The notes under the pieces: model-generated
Told to the model about the DNA's origin: nothing
The model's input: the letters and a program-made list of their open reading frames with translations, nothing else
The model's database searches: none
Assembly (NCBI RefSeq): GCF_000829315.1
Contig: NZ_AP013028.1
Coordinates: forward strand, 870,001 to 902,000
From: Wolbachia endosymbiont of Cimex lectularius
GTDB taxonomy: Bacteria > Pseudomonadota > Alphaproteobacteria > Rickettsiales > Anaplasmataceae
Direction: 5' to 3'
Length of the DNA: 32,000 nt
Made by a program: the position numbers and the translations under genes
Shown here: positions 11,974 through 22,217 of the stretch, one piece after another
Position numbering within the stretch: position 1 is the first letter of the stretch
Layout: every line of letters starts with the position of its first letter

Positions 11974-12288
11974 ATGTTATCTAAAATCTGTAATGCGATA
12001 AAATATCTATTACGAAGAAAAGGTAAATTTGTAGGAAGAGACGAAAATGGAAACTCTTACTATGAATCAAATAAAGGAAAAAGGTGGGTCACGTATAGCA
12101 GTGTCTCTGAACCTACAACAGTACCTCCAAAGTGGCACATATGGCTTCACTATACTGATGATACAGTGCCAGTTAATAATAAAAAGAAAAAAATAAAACA
12201 TACTCCTAATTTGACGGGTACAAAAGATGCGTATTATCCAAACCAAAAAGTGAAAAATTACTATAAAAGCTGGAATCCTAATAACTAA
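11974..12288 (+). CDS. NDUFA12-family (complex I 17.2-kDa accessory subunit-like) protein
   Basis: 104 aa: KFVGRDENGNSYYESN-KGKRWVTY...VPPKWHIWLHYTDDTVP is the characteristic NDUFA12 pattern. Confidence 0.88.
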   Translation: MLSKICNAIKYLLRRKGKFVGRDENGNSYYESNKGKRWVTYSSVSEPTTVPPKWHIWLHYTDDTVPVNNKKKKIKHTPNLTGTKDAYYPNQKVKNYYKSWNPNN

Positions 12289-12290
12289 AG

Positions 12291-12746
12291 ATGCGAAGAT
12301 CAAATATACTTGAAATAACTGCTGGATTATTTGTGTTGGCTTTTACTATTTTTCTGGTTTGTTTTGCTGTTGATAAGCTATTTGACATAAAAAAAAGCTA
12401 TAAGGATTGCTATAAAATATATGGTCTTTTTGCTAACGCCAATGGCATAGTAGTTGGTGATAGCGTCAAGGTTTCCGGCGTAGATATTGGAAGCATAACT
12501 AGCGTATCACTTGATAAAGCTACTTATGTGGCACGAATCGATATGTGCATAAGTAAAGACATAAAATTGCCAATTGATAGTTCAGCTCTAATAACTAGCA
12601 GTGGAGTTGTCGGTAGTAAATTTGTTAACATATCACCCGGGTCAGGTACTAAACTAATTTCGAAAGGTGGTAAAATAGAGTATACCCAAGCTGAAGCAAA
12701 TGTTGGTGGAATAATAGACAAAATTCTTGGTATGTTCACAAAATAA
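12291..12746 (+). CDS. mlaD: MlaD-family outer-membrane lipid asymmetry maintenance protein (MCE domain)
   Basis: N-terminal TM plus MCE domain (YKIYGLFANANGIVVGDSVKVSGVDIGSITSVSLD...SSGVVGSKFVNISPGSG). Confidence 0.9.
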   Translation: MRRSNILEITAGLFVLAFTIFLVCFAVDKLFDIKKSYKDCYKIYGLFANANGIVVGDSVKVSGVDIGSITSVSLDKATYVARIDMCISKDIKLPIDSSALITSSGVVGSKFVNISPGSGTKLISKGGKIEYTQAEANVGGIIDKILGMFTK

Positions 12747-12876
12747 GACTCTTTCCCCGTTATTTATAGCTCTTCCTATAATAGTCCAAAAGAGGTAAAT
12801 AAGGATTTATAGTAGTAAAGGCTTTGTTGCATAGTTATCCATGAGAAACAGTGATGAAAGGAATTTATACCAAATT

Positions 12877-12938
12877 CCAATGGTAATAGGACAAATTAAA
12901 TTGCTAGTCAACAATGGTATCATTTCAGCGCCTCCTCC
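12877..12938. repeat. Short intergenic repeat, shared with 8699-8760
   Basis: Near-identical 62-nt block ccaatggtaataggacaaattaaattgctagtcaacaatgg... Confidence 0.85.
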
Positions 12939-13035
12939 TGTTATCCCAGTGCCCCTTTCTTGTCATCCAAGTAGTCTTTTCTCCCGTCATTCCAGCGCTC
13001 CCTTTCTTATCATCCCAGTAGCCTAGAAGGGTGTC

Positions 13036-13058
13036 ATCCCAGTGCGTGACACTGGGAT
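13036..13058. repeat. Hairpin ATCCCAGTG-CGTGA-CACTGGGAT within intergenic repeat
   Basis: Perfect 9-bp stem, read directly from the sequence. Confidence 0.9.
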
Positions 13059-13129
13059 CCATTCTTTCCATAATGATAAAATGTTGTGTTTTAAATTAAG
13101 ATTAGCTACTTTCTATGTTCATAAAATTA

Positions 13130-13151
13130 GTTTGCTTGTTTACAAGCAAAC
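13130..13151. repeat. 22-nt near-perfect palindrome (10-bp stem, 2-nt loop)
   Basis: GTTTGCTTGT-TT-ACAAGCAAAC. Confidence 0.9.
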
Positions 13152-13249
13152 TTTCCTAGATTCCAGCGTCACGCGCACAGCTGTACGAACATTGCAATTA
13201 GCAGGTAATTTGCGTAACAGACGGTGTCATGCCAGTGCTCCGACACTGG

Positions 13250-13364
13250 GATCCAGCCTTTCCATAATCATCAAAACGTCGTATTTTAACATAAAACAGC
13301 TACTTTTATACTCACCAACTTAATAAAATTCCTGGATGCCAGTGTCAAGCACTGGCATGACACC
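13250..13364. repeat. Second copy of the repeat at 1-115
   Basis: 115-nt near-identical match; ends with the same ATGCCAGTG/CACTGGCAT hairpin (13336-13358). Confidence 0.9.
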
Positions 13365-13378
13365 AAAGGGGCTACCTG

Positions 13379-13675
13379 CATCACGCATCTTGTATCGAGC
13401 GAGTGCTTTTCGCTCAGCCGCTGAGAATAGCTTGCAACTATTATCCTTGCAGTTGGCTGATTGCCCAGTATCCACGCGGGCCACGCAACGCTCACACACA
13501 TGGATTTCATCGAGCGCGGCGGCATATTGAATATTATTCGCCTCATTTTGCCAACATTTGCTGCTTCAAGCCTGTCTGCTATGACTTTTACATACTGATA
13601 GTCGTTATACTCACACCCCGGCATCACCGTTTTAAAGCATAACTCAATGAATTTTAGAAAGTTTATGTTTTCCAT
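13379..13675 (-). pseudogene. Truncated phage terminase large subunit (WO-phage-like), N-terminal fragment
   Basis: MENINFLKFIELCFKTVMPGCEYNDYQYVKVIADRLEAANVGKMRRIIFNMPPRSMKSMCVSVAWPAWILGNQPTARIIVASYSQRLSEKHSLDTRC: terminase ATPase N-terminus with PPRSMKS Walker-A-like motif. The terminase-like sequence stops where the repeat begins. Confidence 0.82.
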
Positions 13676-13711
13676 ATCAGTCTCCTATTATCCAAGCAGC
13701 CTTTTCTTGTC

Positions 13712-14200
13712 ATCCAAGTAGCTGACACTGGAATCTAGGATACTACTTTAGTAATAAATTTTTAAGAAATTTATCAGATGAGAAAAAAAGGCAAAAGAAA
13801 CTCTAGTCGGTATTTATTTTCAGTATTGGCGTTTTTTTAAGTCTTAAACGCTGCAATTTAGCGACTTTTAAACTGCAACAGACCCTTAGCTTAAGTGCTA
13901 AGAAATTTACTAAGCAGAAAAAAAAGGCAAAAGAAACCCAGAGCAGCTAGTATTCAAATTCTCCCTTGTTCTATTTGACGTTCTATACTGTCTTAAACGA
14001 CTTATAAGCGCGTTTCAGCTTGTATAGGTAAAAACCAGAAGTTTTTAAAAAGACGTGAGGTGCACATAGTGCAAAAATTTAAACATGAGACGCCAAATAC
14101 AAAGTTTCCTTTGTCGTTTTAATCTGCAGATTGCGAAGTTAAATGAATAGCTTCAGTATCATTGAAAGGGTAACGATGAAGGTTGTCAAGTAGTTTTCTT
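13712..14200 (+). repeat. ~480-bp non-coding dispersed repeat, copy B
   Basis: Collinear with 8791-9270; ends in ggttgtcaagtagtttt about 105 bp before htpG. Confidence 0.85.
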
Positions 14201-14305
14201 CGCGTATGCCAAAGCTAGTTTGCTATGCGGGAAGTTTTATTTTGGCGTGCGTGACCTTGAAAGATCGCAATACAATACTTAAATTATATAGGTAGTAGGC
14301 TAATA

Positions 14306-16216
14306 ATGGAGCTCAAAATGTATAACGTAAAAGGAACCAAAAATTTAAAATTTGATGCTGAAGTAAGGAAAGTGCTGAATATAGTAATTCATTCGCTTTA
14401 TACCAACAAGGATATTTTTCTGCGCGAGTTAATATCAAATGCATCAGATGCATGCGACAAATTGCGCTACGAATCTCAACTAAACTCTAACTTGCTAGAT
14501 TCAAGCGATGAGTTAAAAATCACCATTAGCTCCAGTAAAGATAAGAATGAACTATATATCACTGATAATGGCATCGGGATGAACAGGCAGGATTTAATAG
14601 ATAACCTTGGTACAGTCGCCAGTTCTGGTACACAAAGATTTCTGGAGGCGATTAAAAGTAGCAAGGATTCAAGCCAAACTGTAGAGTTAATCGGAAAATT
14701 TGGTGTCGGTTTTTACTCGAGCTTCATGGTTGCTTCAGAAGTTATAGTTGAATCTCGAAAGGCAGGAGAAGAGGAATCTTGGGTTTGGAGATCCGAAGGA
14801 GATGGGGAATATTCAATTGGCAAATTAGATGATCAAATCCCTCGTGGGACCAAGATTACCCTGGTTATGCGTCCTGAAGAAAATGAGTTTTTAGACAAGT
14901 TTCACATTGAAAATATCGTTACTACTTATTCAGATCACATAAATTTTCCCGTTGAATTTGTAGATGAAGAAGGAAAAAGTGAGAAGTTAAACAGCAAGGC
15001 TGCAATTTGGACTAAGCCGAAAAACGACGTTACTCAAGAGGAGCACAACGATTTTTTCCGCGGTGTTGCACATGTTGGCGGGGAACCTTGGATGATATTG
15101 CACAACAAAAATGAAGGTGCAATAGAGTATACAAATTTGCTTTATGTGCCTTCTATCAAGCCTTTTGACTTATTTCACCCAGATAGACGTTGCTCCGTGA
15201 AATTGTATGTAAATAAAGTGTTTATCACTGAGGATAATGTGCAAATCATACCGCAGTACTTACGTTTCTTGAAAGGCGTGGTTGACTCACCGGATTTGCC
15301 TCTCAATATCAGCAGAGAAGCACTGCAGAACAATCGTGTTGTTGAGCAAATCAGAAAATCCCTCACTAAGCGCGTGATATCAGAACTTGGTAAAAGGGCA
15401 AAAGAGAATTTAGATGAATACACGAAGTTCTGGACCAATTTTGGTGCAGTATTGAAAGAGGGTCTTTGTGAAGCTATGCCAACTGACGAAAGAGAAGCGC
15501 TACTCTCAATTTGCAGATTCCACAGCATTGGTGATGATAAGTTGGTCAGCATTGATGACTATATAAGCAGAATGAAGCCTGAGCAGGAGCATATCTATTA
15601 CCTCACAGGAAATAGCTTAGATTCGGTAAAAAACAGTCCACAACTTGAAGGGTTTATCAGCAAAGGACTGGAGGTTCTTCTGTTTGTTGACCCAGTGGAT
15701 GATTTCTGGACTAGCGTAATTCATGAATATAAAGACCAGAAGATTAAGTCCGTAACTCGTGCTGATGTTGATTTGGAAAAATTCTCTTCGGAGAAAAAAG
15801 ACAAAGAAAACAAATCAGATGAAGAAAAGAGCGAAGAAAATACGGATTCTATATTAGAGTATTTCACTAAGGTTCTTGGCAGTTCAGTGAAAAGCGTAAA
15901 AATTTCCAAAAAATTGACTGGTAGTCCTGTATGTTTGGCGGTTGATGAGGGTGCGATGGATCTTAGAATGGAGCGTTTTTTACGTGAGCAAAAACAGCTG
16001 AATTACCGCACACCAAAGGTGCTCGAAATCAACACTAAACATCCTGTAATAAAAAGCATAATGAAATCTTACGCTGAAGATGGTGAAAACTCAACATTGG
16101 AGGATATGATCCACTTATTGTTCTATCAAGCTTGTATCGTAGAGGGCGAGGAGATGGATGATGCGAGCCTGTTTGCTAAGAGGTTGAATAACTTGCTTGG
16201 CAAGGTTGTGATTTAG
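14306..16216 (+). CDS. htpG: Molecular chaperone HtpG (Hsp90)
   Basis: [53 protein letters not shown] motifs; full length at 636 aa. Confidence 0.98.
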   Translation: MELKMYNVKGTKNLKFDAEVRKVLNIVIHSLYTNKDIFLRELISNASDACDKLRYESQLNSNLLDSSDELKITISSSKDKNELYITDNGIGMNRQDLIDNLGTVASSGTQRFLEAIKSSKDSSQTVELIGKFGVGFYSSFMVASEVIVESRKAGEEESWVWRSEGDGEYSIGKLDDQIPRGTKITLVMRPEENEFLDKFHIENIVTTYSDHINFPVEFVDEEGKSEKLNSKAAIWTKPKNDVTQEEHNDFFRGVAHVGGEPWMILHNKNEGAIEYTNLLYVPSIKPFDLFHPDRRCSVKLYVNKVFITEDNVQIIPQYLRFLKGVVDSPDLPLNISREALQNNRVVEQIRKSLTKRVISELGKRAKENLDEYTKFWTNFGAVLKEGLCEAMPTDEREALLSICRFHSIGDDKLVSIDDYISRMKPEQEHIYYLTGNSLDSVKNSPQLEGFISKGLEVLLFVDPVDDFWTSVIHEYKDQKIKSVTRADVDLEKFSSEKKDKENKSDEEKSEENTDSILEYFTKVLGSSVKSVKISKKLTGSPVCLAVDEGAMDLRMERFLREQKQLNYRTPKVLEINTKHPVIKSIMKSYAEDGENSTLEDMIHLLFYQACIVEGEEMDDASLFAKRLNNLLGKVVI

Positions 16217-16247
16217 CGCTATACTAGATTAAGCTAATTTATAGTGA

Positions 16248-19016
16248 GTGATAAATATGGCTAATCGAACTGATCTTCCAAATTTAAGCCGGGTTGATTT
16301 GAGTACAGAAGAAGATCAAAAAACAACTGAAATTAAAGATCGTTGCCATTCTAGAGATTTGGGTATTGAAAGAGAAGAAGGGCCTGAAATTTTAGGCGGT
16401 AAAAGTCAAGAAACACCAGCTATTCCCGAAGATGAACTTGGAGATTTTCAATGCAGTAGCTTTGAGAGCGATACCTATGAAGTTATCGAGTGTGATCCAA
16501 ACAAAATACAAATTGCAGGATTTAGTAAGCAAGAATTGTTAGAAATGTGTAATTTCTGTAAAATAAGCTATGGTAGCAACGATGAAAAGTTGGATAGTAA
16601 ATATAAAATTAAAGCTGAACTCATTAATGAAGGTTATAGTATTATTCCATTTTATTATAATGAGAGAAACAAAAAGTGTGCAGGTTTTGTTTTTACAAAA
16701 GATAAAGAAATAACTATAGCTTATCGCGGTACTAAAGACTTTGATGATGTGATGACTGATGTAAGCACAGCGTTTACCTCAGAATTTTTACCTGAAGGTG
16801 GGAAAATGCATGATGGTTTTCACAATGCATTTTATGATTCGTTGCCTAGTCTTGGTAAAATATTGGACGGTTATGCTGAAGAGCAAGGATCAGAAATCAA
16901 AGATTTTAGAATTAATTGTACGGGCCATAGTATGGGAGCCGCTCTTGCTACCATAACTGCTTTATATCTTAAGAAAGTAAAAGATGCTGAATACGTTCGT
17001 GTTGCAACTTTTGGTTCTCCAAGAGTTTTCGATTTCCATGGTGCTGAAATTTATGAAAAACTTCTTGGAGAAAATACCATTAGAGTAACTAATTCGTCAG
17101 ACCCAATACCGATGTTTCCATCTGGCTCTATGGGCTTTAAGCACGTAGGTAAACCACTAAAAATAAAAACAGGTAATTTCGTAATAAACTGCTTTGGAAT
17201 GAGCTTCTGTATAGTGGGAGAATATTATCATAAAACGGATACCTATTATAGTTGCATTCAAGATATAAAACCAGAAGATTTCCAATCAAATAATAGTGTA
17301 TCTAGATACTATTACCTTTCTTACGTAGCCGCAGTGCCTTATTATATAACCACTACAGCTTTAACTATACCTTATTATCTTTTTCCAAGTGCTATTTCAA
17401 ACACGGAACAACGCTATTTTGAAAGGGAAATGAAGTTTGCTGATGACCGAAGATTAATGAGTCTCAAGGATAATAAAAACGGGCTTGTAATCCACGCACT
17501 TGGCAATGCTATGGTTAGTTTAGAAAATCCTTTAATAATATCTCATATAGAGTGCAACATTAATGGAAGAGGCGAAGGGTTAAAATTTAACATTTATGAC
17601 ATTGCTTCTTTTGTTAACAGTAATTATCACCTAAATAGAAACAATATGAGGTTAAGGCAGTTGTGTGAAATTGAAGACGTGCCTGTTAAAGGAGTGCCTA
17701 ATTTAATTGATGCTGAAAATCATGTTCCTGGTAGCAGGAATACTATTAGTGATTTAGTAAATGAGCCTGCAACTTCAAGTCGAGCAGTGAATGAAGCAGG
17801 TAGTAAACAATTACAAAACCCAAAACCCAAAAGTGCCAGCAGCCAACAGCCACAAAAAAATGCTGTGGACAAAGGAAAAAATATTATGAACAATGGACAT
17901 ACTTCAACGAAGCATCTTGTAAGCAATAATTGTAAGGGAGGTGAAATGGGTAATGGTAACAAAAATAAAAGCATAAAAGAAAAATTGTCTGGTGCTATCA
18001 AGAGTATCGATCCCGATACGGTAGAACGTTTACTGAACCAAGAAGGCACTAATATAACTGAGTCTATTTTAAAGGAAGCCTTAGGTCAAGCTAGGGAAAG
18101 AACTAAGAACTCGAAGGAGAGCGGTAAGAAAAAACAGAGCCAGAAAAATAGACTCACAAAAATTATAGAACTGCTTGAAGCAAAGCTCAAGAGCATTGGT
18201 GGTGCAGCACCATCAGTAGATGATAGTGCTACTACAGGTAGTCAGGTAACTCCTGCGGCAGAGCCTAAAGAAAGTGAAGAGGATCAACCAGATTCATCAT
18301 CACTTTCACCACAGAGTGCTGTGAGTGGGCATAGTAGTAGTTCTTCAAACTTCGTTAATGTACCTACAAGTGATGAAGGTGGTACTGAAACCAGTAATGG
18401 CGAGCATTCTCAAACTCCTGATTCTAACAATGACTCTTTATCATTTGAGAAGATAGATGAAGAGCCTTCAGTAATTCTAGCAAATAGTAAGGGTGAAGAT
18501 GGTCAAAGGGGTTCACAGCCATCTTTATCACTGTTTAATCTCCCTTTGCCACCTGCAAGTGATAATGGGCTTAGTAAAGCTATCGATGATTTGGACGATT
18601 GGAGTAAAGCTAGCGATATAATTGATGAAGAAGATATTGACAATTATGATCTATCATGGCTCTTTTTAGAGGAAGGGGAGCAAATTCCACATCCAGAAAA
18701 TCTAGAACCGGAACCAACGCTTTCATCAACTAGCAAAAAATCTGAACAAGTGAATAATACTATTCCACCAAACACAAAAAGTAGCAATCTGCATATTATA
18801 GCTGCTTCCGCCTTAGCAGTAGCTGGGATTATACTAGGAGTGGCTATTGCGGTCCACTTAGGGATGTTAGCAGTAGGAATATTAGTTGGAGCTTGTTGTT
18901 TGGTTGCTGCAGCAGTTATGTATCACTATGAATGGCCTAGCAGCTTTATTGAAACCAATAAGGTCGAAAAGGTTGTACCCAACGAGAAGAAAGAACCTGT
19001 AGCTACATCTGCATAA
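16248..19016 (+). CDS. Class 3 (fungal-type) lipase-domain protein with long low-complexity region and C-terminal TM pair; candidate effector
   Basis: ITIAYRGTKDFDDVMTDV, NCTGHSMGAALATITALYL (GxSxG nucleophile elbow), RVATFGSPRVFD, NSSDPIPMFP and a downstream His (YYHKTDTYY). C-terminal hydrophobic stretch IIAASALAVAGIILGVAIAVHLGMLAVGILVGACCLVAAAVMYHYEW. Confidence 0.85.
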   Translation: MINMANRTDLPNLSRVDLSTEEDQKTTEIKDRCHSRDLGIEREEGPEILGGKSQETPAIPEDELGDFQCSSFESDTYEVIECDPNKIQIAGFSKQELLEMCNFCKISYGSNDEKLDSKYKIKAELINEGYSIIPFYYNERNKKCAGFVFTKDKEITIAYRGTKDFDDVMTDVSTAFTSEFLPEGGKMHDGFHNAFYDSLPSLGKILDGYAEEQGSEIKDFRINCTGHSMGAALATITALYLKKVKDAEYVRVATFGSPRVFDFHGAEIYEKLLGENTIRVTNSSDPIPMFPSGSMGFKHVGKPLKIKTGNFVINCFGMSFCIVGEYYHKTDTYYSCIQDIKPEDFQSNNSVSRYYYLSYVAAVPYYITTTALTIPYYLFPSAISNTEQRYFEREMKFADDRRLMSLKDNKNGLVIHALGNAMVSLENPLIISHIECNINGRGEGLKFNIYDIASFVNSNYHLNRNNMRLRQLCEIEDVPVKGVPNLIDAENHVPGSRNTISDLVNEPATSSRAVNEAGSKQLQNPKPKSASSQQPQKNAVDKGKNIMNNGHTSTKHLVSNNCKGGEMGNGNKNKSIKEKLSGAIKSIDPDTVERLLNQEGTNITESILKEALGQARERTKNSKESGKKKQSQKNRLTKIIELLEAKLKSIGGAAPSVDDSATTGSQVTPAAEPKESEEDQPDSSSLSPQSAVSGHSSSSSNFVNVPTSDEGGTETSNGEHSQTPDSNNDSLSFEKIDEEPSVILANSKGEDGQRGSQPSLSLFNLPLPPASDNGLSKAIDDLDDWSKASDIIDEEDIDNYDLSWLFLEEGEQIPHPENLEPEPTLSSTSKKSEQVNNTIPPNTKSSNLHIIAASALAVAGIILGVAIAVHLGMLAVGILVGACCLVAAAVMYHYEWPSSFIETNKVEKVVPNEKKEPVATSA

Positions 19017-19080
19017 TAAATATAGTAGTCTACCATTGAATAATTTATTATAATTTTACTAGTTATTAATAGATAAAAAC

Positions 19081-20283
19081 TTGATAGACTACGAAGAAAT
19101 ATTCTTAAATAAAATCAAAGATATAAAAGAAGAAGGGCGCTATCGGGAATTCACGCATTTTGCGTCGTTGCCTGGCAGGCTTCCCTATATTATGGATTAT
19201 GAAAAAAATAGGGAAGTAATCGTCTGGTGCAGTAATAACTATTTAGGAATGTCACAAAATGAGAGTGTTATTGCCGCTATTCACAACTCATCTGTTGGCG
19301 CGGGGGGAACGAGAAATATCTCCGGTACAACAAAAGAGGTTGTTGAACTTGAGAAATCCCTGGCTTGTTTGCATAACAAGGAGGCTGCTTTAACTTTTGC
19401 TTGTGGCTACCTTGCCAACCAGACTACACTTAGCACTTTATTGTCCGTTATTCCTGACGTGGTAATTTTTTCAGATGAGAAAAACCACTCTTCGATGATA
19501 GAAGGCATAAAGTCAGGAAAAAGACCTAAATATATATTCAGGCATAATGACATTGATCACTTAGAGCAGTTATTAAAGTCTGTGGGTAGAAAAACGCCAA
19601 AAATAATAGCGTTTGAATCCATATATTCAATGGATGGTGATATAGCGCCGCTGAGAGAAATATGCGACTTGGCAGATCAATATAATGCAATTACCTATTT
19701 GGATGAGGTACACGCAGTTGGCATGTATGGCCCGCGTAGTGGCGGAATTGCAGAAAGAGAAGGTCTGATGGATAGAGTGACTGTTATTCAAGGTACATTA
19801 TCGAAAGCTTTTGGAGTGATGGGCGGATATATAGCGTCTTCAAAAAGCTTAGTGGATGTAATAAGAAGTTCCGCTCCAGGGTTTATTTTCACCACTGCTA
19901 TGTCGCCTGTTCTAGCAGCAGCAGCAAAAGCAAGCGTTGAACATTTGAAATTAAGTGACATTGAAAGGGAGAAGCAAAAACAAGTTGTTGAAAAGGTAAA
20001 AAACTCACTGAGAAACGCGGGAATTAATCTTATCCTAACAAGAACTCATATAATTCCGATAATAATTGGTGATCCAGAGTTATCCAAAATAGCATCAAAG
20101 TTATTATTTGATGAGCATGGAATATATGTTCAACATATAAATTACCCAACAGTTCCCAAGGGAACTGAGCGCTTTCGTATTACCCCCACACCTTATCATA
20201 CTGACGAAATGATAAAACATTTAACAGAGTCTCTTGTAAAAGTTTTTGAGAAATTGTCTATCTCTGTGGCTTGTTTATGTTAG
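19081..20283 (+). CDS. hemA: 5-aminolevulinate synthase
   Basis: [76 protein letters not shown] (PLP lysine), [11 protein letters not shown]. Confidence 0.95.
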   Translation: MIDYEEIFLNKIKDIKEEGRYREFTHFASLPGRLPYIMDYEKNREVIVWCSNNYLGMSQNESVIAAIHNSSVGAGGTRNISGTTKEVVELEKSLACLHNKEAALTFACGYLANQTTLSTLLSVIPDVVIFSDEKNHSSMIEGIKSGKRPKYIFRHNDIDHLEQLLKSVGRKTPKIIAFESIYSMDGDIAPLREICDLADQYNAITYLDEVHAVGMYGPRSGGIAEREGLMDRVTVIQGTLSKAFGVMGGYIASSKSLVDVIRSSAPGFIFTTAMSPVLAAAAKASVEHLKLSDIEREKQKQVVEKVKNSLRNAGINLILTRTHIIPIIIGDPELSKIASKLLFDEHGIYVQHINYPTVPKGTERFRITPTPYHTDEMIKHLTESLVKVFEKLSISVACLC

Positions 20284-20973
20284 TTTTATATCTCCAGCAA
20301 TGATTAATCCATTGTCTTCTCTTAGCCTTCCGCTACTCTCTTGCAGAAAAAGTTTGCCAAGCAAGGCTTTATATTTGTTAACTCCAGAGTAAACTATTCC
20401 ACTGTATCTTCCTGCGGCAAGGTATGCAAAACCTAAAACTGTTGAACCGATGGAACGTACATTGCTGTTGCTAGGCAGTAACTTATTTAACAAATTACCA
20501 CTTACATCTATTAAGCCTCCTTTACGGCTTTTCATTCGCATTTTTATATGACGAGATCTAAAGTCTTCAAGAAAAGCCCCCTTTTTCTCTTCTGCCCAAA
20601 AAGTTTCTCTGAGAGCTGGAGCATCAATTACGGCTGCTACAACTTTGTTTTTATGGATTAGACAGACCGACACTGCAAAATAAACCATACAACTGGAAAA
20701 ATTCTCTCTGCTTTCTATAGGCATAATGAACCAGGTATAAGTATCATCTTTTATTTCTTGATCAGTATTGTCTTCAAAGATAAAACCGTAGTCTTGCTTA
20801 TAATCATGTAAGCGATTGTATATAGTTTGCTTGCATCTTGAGTAAGTTTTATTAATAAAGTCTGCTGACTTGATATTGGAAATTTGCAATTCATTAAAAT
20901 CACGCATAAGCTGCTTGGAAGCACTGCGTACAGAATCAAGCATCACATTAATCCGTGGTGATGAAATGGACAT
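20275..20973 (-). CDS. Inositol monophosphatase family protein
   Basis: Divergent but recognizable IMPase fold sequence ([70 protein letters not shown]; [20 protein letters not shown]). 9-bp convergent overlap with hemA. Confidence 0.72.
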   Translation of the reverse strand: MSISSPRINVMLDSVRSASKQLMRDFNELQISNIKSADFINKTYSRCKQTIYNRLHDYKQDYGFIFEDNTDQEIKDDTYTWFIMPIESRENFSSCMVYFAVSVCLIHKNKVVAAVIDAPALRETFWAEEKKGAFLEDFRSRHIKMRMKSRKGGLIDVSGNLLNKLLPSNSNVRSIGSTVLGFAYLAAGRYSGIVYSGVNKYKALLGKLFLQESSGRLREDNGLIIAGDIKLT

Positions 20974-20981
20974 TCTTCCTT

Positions 20982-21548
20982 TTACTCTTTTACCCTTTCG
21001 TAATAGCTGTCATCGGGGGTATATACTACAATTTTGTCCTCTTCTTTTATAAATTGAGGCACGTTAACGCGCATTCCGTTTTCTAAAATTGCAGGTTTAT
21101 AAGAGGAAGTAACAGTCTGCCCCTTAATAACAGACTCTGTTTCTTTTACAGTCAATGTAACGTAATCAGGCACATGCGCAGAGATTATTTTATCCTGGTA
21201 AGTTACTACTTTGACTTTCATATTATCCTGTAAATAAATCTTTTTTTCTCCTAATAAGTCCAAATTTATAGCGATCTGCTCGTAATTACTCGGATGCATA
21301 AGGTTTACAATATTTCCTTCAGTAAAGAGATAAACATACTCCTCTTCATCTAAAATTGCTCTTCTGATTGTTGCATCAGAGCGGAACCTTTCATAGTGTT
21401 TTGCTCCGGTTTTAATGTTCTTCATTTCTGCTTGTATGTATGCACCACCCTTGCCAGGCTGAGTATGCATAATACTTACAACCAAAAACAAACCGCCATT
21501 GTGTTCCAACACTTGACCTGGCCTAATATCATTAGCTCTTTCTGCCAT
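20982..21548 (-). CDS. efp: Elongation factor P
   Basis: ANDIRPGQVLEHNGGLFLVVSIMHTQPGKGGAYIQAEMKNIKTG...RFRS and VNVPQFIKEEDKIVVYTPDDSYYERV. Confidence 0.97.
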   Translation of the reverse strand: MAERANDIRPGQVLEHNGGLFLVVSIMHTQPGKGGAYIQAEMKNIKTGAKHYERFRSDATIRRAILDEEEYVYLFTEGNIVNLMHPSNYEQIAINLDLLGEKKIYLQDNMKVKVVTYQDKIISAHVPDYVTLTVKETESVIKGQTVTSSYKPAILENGMRVNVPQFIKEEDKIVVYTPDDSYYERVKE

Positions 21549-21610
21549 AATTAAACTTTCAGCTTGATCTCATAATTATAAGTGCTTTTTTATAAATATC
21601 AAAACCTTTG

Positions 21611-22117
21611 TTAATCAATGAATTCTGGCATATTGAGTGCTATATACCTTTCCTTTACGTTTATATGCGGAAATATCTCTTTAGTAAAAGACAGCATAAT
21701 ATTCTTTTTTGTGCCGATGACTGAAATTTCCAATACATCTCCTGAACCGAAATTGTGTATAGATTCTACATAGCCATATAATTCATTATTCTCTAGCCTT
21801 ACTTCCATATTTATAAGGTCACTTTGATAAAGCTCATTCTCATCATTTAATTGTGGTAGCTTGTCCCTTTTTATGTATAGTTTCTTATTTCTTAAAAGCT
21901 CTGCTTCGTTACGAGAATTTACTCCGCTTATCGTGGCTATTACTAAATTATCACCTATGACAGATACTGAGTCTATCTTGTAACTCTCATCACCACTTAT
22001 CAGCTCACCATATAGAGAAATATTTTCGGGTTTTTCAGTGAAAGTTTTTACTTTAACGGCTCCTTTAATTCCATGAGGAGAAGTAATGATTCCGAGGTAT
22101 ACTAAATTGTCGTTCAT
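21611..22117 (-). CDS. rimM: 16S rRNA processing protein RimM
   Basis: [28 protein letters not shown]; [38 protein letters not shown]. Confidence 0.93.
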   Translation of the reverse strand: MNDNLVYLGIITSPHGIKGAVKVKTFTEKPENISLYGELISGDESYKIDSVSVIGDNLVIATISGVNSRNEAELLRNKKLYIKRDKLPQLNDENELYQSDLINMEVRLENNELYGYVESIHNFGSGDVLEISVIGTKKNIMLSFTKEIFPHINVKERYIALNMPEFID

Positions 22118-22217
22118 GTTAATATGATAATCAAAACTTGTTTTTTTGTCTACAGCGTTGGAAGCAATAGGTAACAGTGAAAAAAGCTATAACGTCATCC
22201 AATAGAAATAAAAAAAA

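Noticed and set aside
12823-12843. ggctttgttgcatag-like sequence as an IS terminus
   Set aside because: It resembles an end sequence seen in some IS families, but no partner end or transposase remnant is visible, so no element is called.
12841-13323. Short ORFs 12841-13026 and 13042-13323
   Set aside because: Their translations come entirely from intergenic repeat sequence (the block shared with 8699-8760 and the hairpin repeats).
13336-13642. Plus-strand ORFs 13336-13530 and 13403-13642
   Set aside because: Antisense to the terminase fragment, which has clear family motifs on the minus strand.
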